Below are positions 48,687 through 60,350 of a stretch of 64,000 bases of DNA, piece by piece (the stretch's first letter is position 1; each line of letters begins with the position of its first letter). Where the stretch lies: NCBI GenBank assembly GCA_030704615.1, contig CM060732.1:49600001-49664000 (forward strand). The letters run 5' to 3'. A model generated the notes under the pieces. That model had not been told where the DNA came from. It searched no databases and was given only the letters and a program-made list of their open reading frames with translations. A program made the translations under genes and the position numbers. The DNA comes from Takakia lepidozioides. Its lineage: Eukaryota > Plantae > Bryophyta.

Positions 48687-49856
48687 ATGGCGGGGAAGGA
48701 GGCAACAGACTCCGAGTTCTATGCGTGTTATTTGCTATGTTCACTCAATCCTCGCTACAAGGGCCGCCATTATATTGGGTTCACTGTAAACCCCAGGCGG
48801 CGCATCCGACAACATAACGGAGAGATAGGAAATGGTGCATGGAGAACACACACAAAGCGTCCTTGGGAAATGGTACTGTGCGTCCATGGATTTGCAACTC
48901 AGGTGGAAGCTCTCCAATTCGAGTGGGCATGGCAACACCCTACCAGATCTCTTGCGGTAAGAGAGGCAGCTGCGCGGATGCCAGCGTCCGTGAAAGGGTT
49001 CAAACGCCAAATTCATCTGCTTTTCACCATGCTCAATCTTGACCAATGGAACACCAAGGATCTCGAAGTGCAGTTCCTTTCGTCGAAGTATATGCAGTAC
49101 AGGAAAGGGTGTCCAGGGCTTCCTGCCCACATGCACTTCTCAATTGCGCCCGTGGAGGCATTGCCATGCTATGGTGATGGGGAGCAGGTGGACACAGAGA
49201 CGGATATTGGGTCGGATATCGAAGGAGAGATAGAAGGGGAGTTCCACGATAGCAGAGAAGGGGAGAGGGAGGGAGAAGAACAATTAGAGACAGGGATAGG
49301 GGAGATGCACACTGGCAGCGAAAGACAGGGGGAGGTGGAAAAAGATTTGGAGACAGCAGTGAGCAGTGGTTGCCGCACTCCTCTTGCATCTCCTTTCCAA
49401 GAAATGATGAAGCAACGGTATGTGCGAAACCCTCATTTATCACCAGCTTATCGGAGATCCGACAGATCAACACAGCTTGAAGGGATGGATTGCAATCGAT
49501 TGCCGAGAACAAACGAGGAAACACCAGCCCATAGGATGATGTTACCCTGCAGTTCACCACTTTCATCTCCTTTCCAAACTTTGATAGACCAGCACCCAGT
49601 TCTTGAGCCTTCCTCAATTGCAAAGCGTTGTCTGCAGCAAAAGAAAGTGTCTCGATCTTCAGCAGTAGCACCACAGCCTGATCGCTGTTTTCCTTTGCGA
49701 GAATTGAACAATCTGACAAACCCACAAAGGGAGCAGTCTGGAACACTACTTTGTACTCCGCCAATTTTGCGACGTGTGGTTGTGGTGATACCTGACACAC
49801 CTGTAGAGATTTCAAGGGAAGTGATCGACTTAACAGATTCACCTGTGACTTTATGA
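48687..49856 (+). CDS. SLX1: Structure-specific GIY-YIG endonuclease SLX1, single exon, 389 aa
   Basis: FYACYLLCSL...YIGFTVNPRRRIRQHNGEI..GAWRT...RPWEMVL.VHGF....ALQFEWAWQHP; C-terminal SIM-like EVIDLT. Confidence 0.93.
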   Translation: MAGKEATDSEFYACYLLCSLNPRYKGRHYIGFTVNPRRRIRQHNGEIGNGAWRTHTKRPWEMVLCVHGFATQVEALQFEWAWQHPTRSLAVREAAARMPASVKGFKRQIHLLFTMLNLDQWNTKDLEVQFLSSKYMQYRKGCPGLPAHMHFSIAPVEALPCYGDGEQVDTETDIGSDIEGEIEGEFHDSREGEREGEEQLETGIGEMHTGSERQGEVEKDLETAVSSGCRTPLASPFQEMMKQRYVRNPHLSPAYRRSDRSTQLEGMDCNRLPRTNEETPAHRMMLPCSSPLSSPFQTLIDQHPVLEPSSIAKRCLQQKKVSRSSAVAPQPDRCFPLRELNNLTNPQREQSGTLLCTPPILRRVVVVIPDTPVEISREVIDLTDSPVTL

Positions 49857-49899
49857 TACCTCTCATTCAAATGGAACTGCACCAGAATGAAGACTTTTA

Positions 49900-50456
49900 T
49901 TGACATTCATGCCAAACGTGAGAGTGTGAGAATGCATCTGAAAGTGCTCAATAACATGACTGAAAAAGATGTTGCTGAGCCAGGATGATTGAAATGCTCA
50001 GCATGGGTATAATGGGGAGGCCATGCAGCTATTTGAACAGATGATGCAGGACAGAGGTGTCAGAAAGGAACCAGGGCTTAGTTGCATTGAGTTGCACACC
50101 AAGTTCATAGAATTGTTGTCGAAGACGAGTTGCATCCATAAATTGAGGAAATCCATGCTGAGCTGAACATTCTACTTTGGTGGATGAAGGAGGCTGGATA
50201 TGTTCCTGACAGGCACTCTGCATGATGTTTATGAGGAGTAAAAGGAATGTTCTCTTCACCACCAGTGTGAGAAGCTGCTTTTGGGCCCATCTGCACAGCC
50301 TGTGGGTTTCCAATCTGCATTGTCAAGAACCTCCAGGTGTGTGGTGACTGCCACACTGCCACGAAATTCATCTCGAAGATTGTTGGGTGAGCAGTTACTC
50401 TATGAGATGCCAACCGCGGTCACTACTTTCAAGACGAATTATGTTCTTCTGGTGAA
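49900..50456 (+). pseudogene. Decayed PPR E/DYW-domain fragment
   Basis: MKEAGYVPD, LHDV.EE, H..EKL, IVKNLQVCGDCHTATKFISKIVG*, DANRGHYFQDELCS, with stops and frameshifts. Confidence 0.85.
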
Positions 50457-51714
50457 ACAAGCAACATCATGAGAAAGGTCCCTGCATTAAACATGCTGGA
50501 AAGGTTGTGCTCCGCATACGTTCTGTAAGATTGAAAGAAGATCATTGCAACTGAACTTCATCTGTGAGCTGCTGAAGTGATGATCACATTGTGTGTAGGA
50601 TCTTTGGAAGGAACGTTAGGCATGTGGAACTGGAAGTTTTTTCTCCAAAAACGGTGAAATTATAGAATGTACTCATAAGACATTGTTTGCTGCAGCCTGT
50701 TGAAAATACAGAGTTGGGTAGGAGGGCGATTTGTATGTAGTATAGCATAAATGTTGACAGCTCTTCTGCTACATGACCAAAAACTGAAGAGATTTCCACT
50801 CTCTATGTAGACATTATTCAGTTACTATGTTTCTTTCTTTCTTTCTTCATCTTCTCACCCTGACTGACAACAATATAGATGAGAATGGACGTGGAACTTG
50901 TATAGACCAACTGATGTTGAGTTTGTGACTTTGCAGGAACTCCTTGTATGCAGTGTGGCAGAAGGGAAACAGCTCTCAGCATATCCTTTGTCAAGAGGAC
51001 CTTCGAGCCCTGGAGGACATAGTTGCATGTAGTGGAGGCACGCAGAGCAGGTATGCTGTAGAGGCATCCACTAGGTTCACTTGCGCTGGAAGTGGGCAAA
51101 ACATCCCTAACTTACGGATTTCTCCCACGGACACGCTCATGGCAGCGTCATGCTCCCTTTGCCATCGCTCTGTTTTAATGCTGTGCTGGAATGTAAGATG
51201 CTTTGTCATCCAAGATTGTATAATCTGCACTTCGGTAGCTATAGGAGTAGAGAACTGGCCTTTGTCCATTATCATAGCTGAATGAGTCCAAATACAAGCA
51301 GTCCATTTTCTTGGGTTGGCTGACTCTCCACTTCTCTGTAAAGGCTGCATCAAGGCAAAGTCTGAACAGTTGTCTGGTTAATGGTTAGATTTTTCAACAA
51401 AGCCTTGTTCTTGTTCTGCCATCGGTGTTGCCATTGATGGGGTTAGAATAGTGTTTGATGTGATGTTGTGGTGAATGGTCACCCTCTATGCAATCCACCA
51501 TCAAATTGGTCATCTTAGTGTTGGAAACAAAGCGAACAATTCAGGTGCAACTTTTCACATGTTGGCTGCTTTGAAGAACCATTTGCCATAATTTCAATCT
51601 ACACTATGCCAAGTTGATGAAATCAACAGGAGCATTTAGTGTTCAATGGAAGTCTGAAACGTCTGAAGGAGGTCTCTGGGGACACTGATTCATGTACATA
51701 TACGCCAATTTTTT

Positions 51715-51796
51715 TACCCCAGTTCTCATGTCGTCATCTGAATTGGGCCCAATTCAGTATTGGCCCAATTCAGATGACTACAAGAGAACTGGGGTA
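51715..51796. repeat. ~80-bp near-perfect hairpin flanked by TA (Tc1/mariner-type mini-MITE)
   Basis: TA-ccccagttctcatgtcgtcatctgaattgggcc / ggcccaattcagatgactacaagagaactgggg-TA: a ~35-bp stem with 2 mismatches. Confidence 0.7.
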
Positions 51797-52108
51797 TACA
51801 AAGAGAAAGAGATTGAGGATCGACATGCATACAGAATAGGCAAGATAAGCATTCTTGAACAGGTATCGTTGGCCCCGAACCTTTCGTACATTTGCGGACA
51901 TGGTCAGTTAGCTTACAATGTGTCCACAGATGACACCACAAGAAACCTTCAAGGGACACGTAAATCCCAGCAAGGTCTGTCTAGTTCTCAACAACTAGAA
52001 TTTCAGGGTCATCTTCTCTCTTGGAGTATCTATGCTAGATTTGACTTCACTTTGACACTTCACTTTGTGTCCTCCCGAGAGGTCATTTCACAAAAGAATG
52101 AAGACTGA

Positions 52109-53878
52109 CTAATTGGAGCAATTTGGCAGAGAGTCAATAAGAATATCCGTTATTTTGTTGATGAAGATACGCATCTGTGCACGAGAATGCAAGGGTGCTG
52201 GGTACACATTAGCACAATGAAGCTTGCCGTTCTGAATTGAATGAAAGACAGCAAGTGATGGCCCTATCCCATGAATCGATGAACAACCCACAGAATCCTC
52301 AATACCCAAGGCCTCTGCCACTTCTCCAAGGCTGTCAGAGATAGTGTCCTTGAAGACCACCAAGAGAGATGTGCGAAGAGATCCTGAAGGTGTCAAATGT
52401 GGATGTGTCATAGCCTGGTACATGAGAAAGTTGAGGTCACCCATATCAGTGAAATGTTTACGGTTTTTCATCACATTGTCAAGGGAGCTTGAGCACCTCT
52501 TCGCCAGCTCCCAGAATTCAGTCCTTTCGTTTAGGTGGTGAGTGTTCATAAGGGCCGAATTGTAAAACCCTGGCACACACAGCAAGTGCAAACTGAGCCA
52601 GCAGGACCTCGAAGAACACTGGACAGGGGCTTGAAAAAATTCCACATAATGCTCCCTAACTAGCTGGACTTTCTTAAGGGGTCAGAATTTCATAAGGTTG
52701 TAGACATTTGACAACGAGAGAAACAATCTCATCCATGAGGCAATGTCAAAAGGCACCATACCAACAGTGGAATCAGGAAGGGCTGGTTCAAAGTAGCGGC
52801 GAAGGTCGATAAGGCTGACAATGGCAAAGTGCTCTGAATGGTTGCCCAGCTTCTTGGCAGCAGCAGCTGCCTTCAAACCTGCTGCACACATTGCTCCATA
52901 CAGGCTTGTGTTGACCTTGCTACATGCCTGCCATTCCACCTTCAAAGCTCAGGATGGGACACTTACTTATCTGCAACCCTTGTCATGTTCACTCTCTGTC
53001 AATAGAATCCCTGGAAGCACTACATCCTCATGAGTGCACAATGGCCCACATTCATAGGGGACTGTCAATGCCTACATCTCCATATTTGTGACATCGGTCC
53101 ATCTCATTGGTATGCACCCATCATTTTCTTTTCTCTTTGCATCATTCCCACTGCATTTCTCCGTCCCTCTCCTCCCACCCAGGTCAATGAGCGGCTCATG
53201 GTTGCAAGAGTTCAGTTGAACATAAACTCACTGTTATATACTTGAGTTTAATAATTAAATCTTCTGTGGAGGATGCTAACTGGCTTCAAGCTGTTGTGCA
53301 TAATAGGGGGCTAGTATTGATTATCAGATGGGCACGCATGCTTGGAGCCTTCATTTGGGAGAGGCTCAGCATCAATGCAATACGAGAGAGACAGGCCCTC
53401 CGGGCTCCCTCGGGTCCTGCCATGCCATTCAACTCTTCAACCTCTCAAACACCTGCCTTGTAGTATGTGCGTTTTCAACTAAGCATGTACCTGCAAGAGT
53501 GCCTGTGTACGCTCAAAGCTGAGAGAGGAGCGGATCAACTCAGTCCGACGCGGCAGATTGGGTTCTTCAAATGGCATCACTGCATGTCGTCTAGAACCCA
53601 GTGAATACCCCAATAAATCGATCCCATGTGCCCAAAATGGCTTATTTGCTTTCCCAGGGGGTATTGTATCCTCCACCGACATCAAACCCTCCGACCCATT
53701 TTTTGCCTCCTGGAACTTGCCTGCAGCAGCATGACTTTACTGAGTACTTGGATTTTCCTTTGTTCCAAGTTGGGATGGACAACAAATTGTACTAGTATGG
53801 TTCTTTGCTACACTGAGGTGCCCAGAATACTGGGCTGTTAGTATGGGGCATAATATGATCCGAACACAATCAGGTGAG

Positions 53879-53918
<40 letters not shown>

Positions 53919-55764
53919 TAAGAAAACCATGCTTTGTCGCGTTATTAGACCTGCCTTGGAGTACGGATCTGCAATATGGGTTGATAACTCCAACCAGGCT
54001 AAGTCTCTAGAATCCATTCAAGTGGGGGTGCTTAAGGAGGGTATGTCAGCATGCTCCAAAACAGCCAATGTGGCTGTTCGGGGTGAGTTTGGCATTCCGT
54101 CCTTAAGCTCCCGACGAGATTAATTCAAGGTCAGATGGTGGGGTCAGCTGCAACATATGCCCAACACCAGATATCGTAAGTTAATCGACTATATCTTGGA
54201 AACAGGACCGCCCTGTCAAACAGGCTAAGTCCTGGCAGAAGAGAGTAGAAGAGATTCTCAAGGACCTGGACCTGGATCTGCAAGTCTTGACCCTGCTGGA
54301 TAAATCTGACTTAGAGGCTGTAGTGTCCAAAGCCATGTCTGTTGCCATGAGATTGTCTGATGAAAATGAAGTTAGGCAGAAAAACTTCCCTGAACTTGTT
54401 TCCAGTCAGTGACATGGGGGAGGACATCTTGGATGACCTCAAGGGTCTACCCACTCTCGGCACTAGACTGAAATTTAAACTCAGGGCAGGAATCCTACCT
54501 TTGAACAGCAAACAGAAGCAGAGAGGAAAGGGAGAGTGCAATTGCCCGTTGTGTGGGCAATCTGAAGACAGTATTCATTTTCTGATACACTGTCCGGGGT
54601 TCTCTCACCAAAGAGACGCTCTCTTCAAATCTATCAAGGGAATTGTGCCTGTACCCCTGTTTACCAACTTTGAAAGTCTCGAGGCTGAGCCAAAAGCCCA
54701 GGCCCTCCTGAGGCCTAGTTTTTGGGCAAATCACACACAGCAGATTGATGCTTGTGTGAAGGGATTTCTAGAGGATATCTGGAAAACCCGGATTAATTCT
54801 ATATATGAAGGTAAGTCTTACTACCAACGTCAGCCCCTGACAGAGGTAGGTTCTGTCCCTTTTGTTCCCGCTCAAACTGGGCGCGGGGTCAATGGCCACA
54901 AGGCTACGGCAAACAACGTCTTATGAGTACAATCTCTCTTCAAGGTCAGATGGTGGAGTCAGTTGAATTGCATGCCTGATACCAGATATCCTAAGATAAT
55001 CGACGCTATTTCTTGGAAGCAAGACCGTCCTGTTAAACACGCCAAGTCTTTTAACTATCTGAATATTAGTCCCGAAGAATCGAGTCCAAAGCCATGTCTG
55101 ATGCCCAAAGACTTGTCCAATGAAAATGAAGTTAGGCATAAAACTTCCCTGAACTTGTTTCCAGTCTGTGACATGGGCGAGGGCCTTAAGGGTAATCTCA
55201 AGGCCTACCTATCCTCTGCACTAGACTGAAATTTAAACTCAGGGTGGGAAGCCTACCTTTGAACAATAAACAGATGCAGAGAGGAAGATTGTCATTGCCC
55301 CATGTGCAGGCAGCCTGAAGACAATATCCCTTTTCTGATACATTGTCCGGGATATTCTCACCAGAGAGTGACCCTCTTCAGGACCATCAAGAACATTGTC
55401 CATGAACCTCTGTTCACCAAATTTCATAATGTTGAGGCTGATCCTAAAGCCCTGGCCCTGTTGGGGTCTAATAGCTGGGCAGCTCACACACAGCAAGTTG
55501 ATGCTTGTGTGAAGAGCTTCCTTGAGGATATCTGGGAAACCCAAACTAATTGTCTCTATCAAGGTAAGTTTTCCGCTCAAACTGGGCGCGGGGTCAATGG
55601 CCACAAGGCTACGGCAAACAACGTCTTATGAGTACATTCTATCAAGGTAAGTCTCTCTACCGGAGTGAGCCCTCACAAAGGTAGTATCTGTTCCCTTTTA
55701 TTCTGCCCAAACTGGGCACAGGGTCTATGGCCACAAGGCTACTGCAAACAACGTCTTAAGAGTA

Positions 55765-55802
<38 letters not shown>

Positions 55803-57252
55803 TTATCCTGTGGCTACGGCAAACAACATCCTTCACTTTTTTTCCTTTTGTTGTGATCCTCCCTCCTCATAGTTGCCTCACGAATTAATCTCTGCTCAAG
55901 ATATTCTCACTTTATCCTGTCCCATACCCGACGGAATGATTCCAAAGCGTCAACAAAATAGGAGACATAATGCACACATACCTGCAACCACTTCTGTCAT
56001 GAGAGCACTGGTGTTTGTCTGCACATCATGAGGCATTTCGGGGCAAGGAGGATGTCCCTTGCTCAGTCTAAGAAGACCTCCCAGAATGTCTGCAACGATG
56101 GTGGAAGCTGACATACGGTCACAAGAAGCAGTATGCACCCTTAGAATCATGAGGGACCGATTGTGTGGAAGATGATAGACACGCACAATGAACATCTGCA
56201 CTGGGTCCAGGCAGTGGTCATGCTCCAGCCAAAGATTTGTGTTCAATTCATCCTCTACAAGTGTTAGCCATCCCCTCTCTTCCTCATCAGCCTGAATTGA
56301 GATTTCTGGGTTGGAGAATGGGCCCTCAATTTGCTCTTGAACAGATGAAGCATCAACACTATTCTCAGCTGCAACTTTTTCTTGCAATCTCAGCTCCGAT
56401 GAGCTATTCTGGAATGGGATATGGGCAGCTGCCTGTGAAACGGTTTCATTTTCCTGTTCTTCATATCCAACCTGACATGAGACTTCTCCATTCATTACCA
56501 TCTCCTTCCCTTGTTTCCGGGAGCCACTGCATATCTGTCTGACATGACTTTGATCATCATCGCCGCTTGCATTCCCACTGACTGCAAGCTTTGAATTCTC
56601 ATTCAATTGATCAGCATTGATTGTACCATCATCCTGATTGGTAGCCATGGCAGTTGCATCCAAAACCTCAACTTTCACACAAGGCTTGCTACAAACTTGG
56701 AAAGCAGGCCTTCCATGAATCCACACAAGCTGAGAGCGCAGACGGGGGTGTTTGATCTGCAACCAGCATTCCCAGGTCAATTCTATGTGGAACATCAGGG
56801 CATGGCACGACCTTACGATCTCATCTGCAACTCCGTGAGGCTGCATCATATCTGGGCTGTACATTAAGAACCGCTCAATGACTAGAACGATAACAATGCC
56901 ATACATTGTACTACAAGACTCTTCAGTTGTTTGTTACGGATTACTCCAATCTCTTACTGACCTGGGCCATGTCAATCGCGAGCTGGAGGTTTGAACAGTC
57001 AAGAGGACGAGAGAAAAGAAATCCCAAAACAGTAATGCCAGTTCCCCCTGCTACGGACCGGCACCAATTGTGTTCCGTGTCGCCCATCATCCGCTCATAG
57101 GGTCCTTGCAGCACTGTCTCCTGTCCTGCTTCTGTATCTGCGCTCGCGCTTCCATGGCTGACATCTTCACATGCTGAAAAGGCAGCCATGGGCGCCGCGT
57201 CCAGCAGCTGCTCCCGAGGAATCAACGTCTCCACCGTCATAGTGCGCTGCAT
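52109..57252 (-). CDS. Condensation-domain/alcohol acetyltransferase-like protein (At3g52610-like); exons 57252-56962, 56756-55982, 53720-53491, 52927-52762, 52569-52109
   Basis: TEHNWCRSVAGGTGITVL, HPRLRS, ILRVHTASCDR (HxxxD), GKANKPFWAHGIDLLGYSL, IDLRR, GFYNSA, KHFTDMGDLNFLM, YPAPLHSR. Junctions in frame. Confidence 0.85.
53881..55832 (+). mobile_element. 5'-truncated RTEX/RTE-like LINE with tandemly duplicated 3' portion, bracketed by (CT)n, in intron 2 of the acyltransferase gene
   Basis: RPALEYGSAIW...SLESIQ...TANVAVRGEFG and the CCHC finger CPLCGQSEDSIHFLIHCP. Copy 2 at ~54938-55640; extra 3' tails at ~55700 and ~55810. (CT)n at 53881-53913 and 55768-55799. Confidence 0.85.
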
Positions 57253-58552
57253 CAGAAATCAAGCAGTTTTGAGCTTCACAGAGCAAACAAACTCTCCAAA
57301 TCTGTTACACAGGATTCCATAGAGTAAAAAAGGGACCTCCTTGGGATACACTTGCCGAACACATCAACTCACGAATGCAGTGCCTTGCAATCAACCAGCA
57401 TTGCACAAATTTCAAAAGAAAAGAATTTTTGTACGATCATCCCAAGAAAACGCAACCACACACTAGACAGGGCGGGCTGGAGGAATCACAGCTACGAAAA
57501 AAGAGATATATTCGACAATGGTCATCCTAGAGGGGAAGAATTCACTACCTTCGGCAGCTCTGGCTTCGGTGGAAACCCTCCCGACTCCAAAAAATATTTC
57601 CAAAGGTGGGACCCTGAATGCGAAGATGGAGCCTGATGAACTCAAAGTATCACAGAAGCATCCTAAGCTTGGGATCCAGAATGGTCCAATGAAAGAATAA
57701 CCGCACGAAGTACCCAAAAGCACAAACAACACCGAAACGATTCCCTCGACAGCCTTCACATCGAAAGCTCAAACACGAGCTTCTATAGAATCGCATCACG
57801 CTTCCTCCCCCCCGCCATCGCACGAATCTCTCCTGCGAGAAAGCAAACTCCACGCGGGCGACAGAGACGACGGCCCCAACGTTTTACACCCGTCCGATCA
57901 AAACCAGATCGTATACGTGGAATCTCATCACCCGTCCGATCCCTTTCACGGCCCAGATCAGTTACCCGTTCGCGGCGTGATCTTTTACGTTTCCATTACG
58001 TTTCTCTGGGTATTTCGAATTCCAACGGTGAGGATCGGTAGATATTTGAATCTAACGGTGAAGGGAAGACCTTGACTGGAAAGAATATGGAGACCGTTAT
58101 CCGATGGAGATGCTGCAAGTCCAATGGATAAAACATATTGATGTACTCTTATCCTGAGGAAATCCCTATCCGAACGGGTTCCCACTATCTGGCCGTGTAA
58201 AACGGACTTATCTCGGTGAGGATATTTTGGGTGGGCAGGATGGGCAGATTGGGCAGCCTTGAATAAATAAAACTTCTTTGGGAACGTTGAGAGAGAGAGA
58301 GAGAGAGACGTCGATTTTGTAACTACCTCGGCTGCTTTTGCTTCAGCACGGATCAGACTAAGATCAGACTAAGTTGAGGAATCCACCGATTTCCGAGGGG
58401 AGGAATCGTGTGAGAGAGAAGAAGAAGATGGTATACAAGAATCCTTTTGAGAAATTTCACGGTAGTGCGTGAGATAGAGGCAAAGAGATTGAGGTTGGAG
58501 TAACACACACATAAAAAAAAATTCGTAGAGAAGGTGGGGGTGTGAGAGAAAG

Positions 58553-60350
58553 ATGGTGCTGCTGCACCTGAAGCAAAATGCGGACCGGCAATTTTTGTAC
58601 GAAGCAGCAAGCACGAGTTGCGTTGATGATGTTGTGCGGGAGCTGGTGGCTGTACACAATTTGCAGTTGCGTATTTTTAATCTGAAGCAAACAGGCAACG
58701 ATCTCGCTCTTTATGGACCTTCCAAGCCGCCCCGTGACGATGATGAAGATGATAGTGACGATGATGAGCAAGCCCAAAACAAGAAACCGAGAGGCCCTTT
58801 TTACAATCGGGACCCCTCGTCTCGCCGCACAGGCGAAGGTCTGGCACCTTTATGCTTCAATGTGTTATGGGGTTATTGACACTTGTGTTTCCAGTTGTCG
58901 AACTCAATGTGCACTGTTGCAAAAAGGTGGTTTCGCTTTGTAGTTCCGAAGCTATGGATTCGGTAAGTGTGTAAAGTACGCAATGCATTGTTCATGCTCT
59001 GATGATATATCTTGTAGTCTTGGTACACAATCCAGGGGATCGATAAACATCTTTTGTGCGTGACATTGTGACAGCTTGTGATCCTGAAGTAGCCAAGGTG
59101 CTAACAAAAGCAGTGGAGGATGCTAACACTTGTGCTTCCAAGGTGTGTGTGTGTGTCTCTCTCTCTCTCTCTCTCTCTCTCGCTCTCTCTCTCGCAAGCT
59201 ATGATTGATGTGAATGCCATTTCGTTTTGTGAACCGCTCAAAGCTGCATGACGAAACCAAGTTTGGGATCAATGGTTGGCGGAGGGAGGAACAGGACCAG
59301 GTAATGTATAAACTTCCATTGACGGTGGCAATGTTGAAAGAGGCCATCCACACCATCCGTGGGGCGGTGATGATATGTTATTCTATGGGCCTCCCTTCCC
59401 ACGATCCCGTGCAACAAGAAATTATTGGCACATCCACAGGTTTGTTCTCTCTTTCAACTCTCAATACTGTGTGCACATTTCGTACAGCGCATCCCGTACT
59501 GATAAATACGTATTGGCTCCCAAAATGAAAGGATTTACAAGCAATCATCCGTTGTGATATGTCTGCACAGCCAAGGAGACATTGGACCCCGACACTGCGC
59601 ATATGTGGTGGGCAGGCAAAGAGATGATGCGAGACAAGTGTTTACGTGAAATTGTTGGCAACAATGAGAAGACTAAGGTACCTGTAATTCACAATCTAGT
59701 AAGAGACACAAGTTGAAGTTGAGTAATCCATAACAAGCAGCTGAAGAACACCACGCAATGTAGTCAACCTCACACTACACTCCCCACGGTCGATTGATGT
59801 ACTCTCTAACGCAAGCCTTGCGATGTGGCAGGTCATAGTGAAGCTGCAAAGCAAAGGACAAGGGTGTCCGCAAAGAGAACCGGTAATTGTTGTGATGGTT
59901 GTTCTTAGTACTCGTTTGGGTTTGTCCTTTGTGTTGCATTGATGTCAGATGTGCCGCTCATGAACTGGTCCTCCCGTAGCGCATAAAACCTTCATATCAT
60001 AGGTAAACTGTGTTCTCTTGGGTGTGAGCAGCCTATAGATGAAGAAACTCACAAGGCAATGATGTCCTGGTATTTCAAGCAGCAAGAACAGCAAAAGGTG
60101 GGTGGTGCACTTCCCAAGGTTCCTGTTTGTTTACTTGTTTCTTCTCATAATAACAGTTTATGCATAGGGGTGGGCGTCTGCTACAAGGTGAAGTGGGCGA
60201 TGAAATAGAGGCTGATGTGAGTCAATGGTGGAGTGGACTTGGCAGGCTTTAGCTCAAGATGAGGATGACGCATATACAAACGCAAAATGGGCGAATCCCA
60301 AAGCTCTCAAATCCTACTTGAATGGCATGGACAACCTTAAAACGCGATGA
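58553..60350 (+). CDS. CFAP298: Cilia- and flagella-associated protein 298 (C21orf59/Kurly/FBB18); exons 58553-58838, 59075-59142, 59295-59439, 59571-59677, 59832-59882, 60032-60097, 60246-60350
   Basis: MVLLHLK...QFLYE, DPSSRRTGEA, IRGAVMICYSMGLP.HDPV, MWWAGKEM, G.NEKTKVIVKLQ.KGQG.P.REP, MM..Y.KQ.E.K, WANPKALK. Confidence 0.93.

Noticed and set aside
49033-49906. 277-aa and 152-aa minus-strand ORFs
   Set aside because: They are antisense shadows of SLX1.
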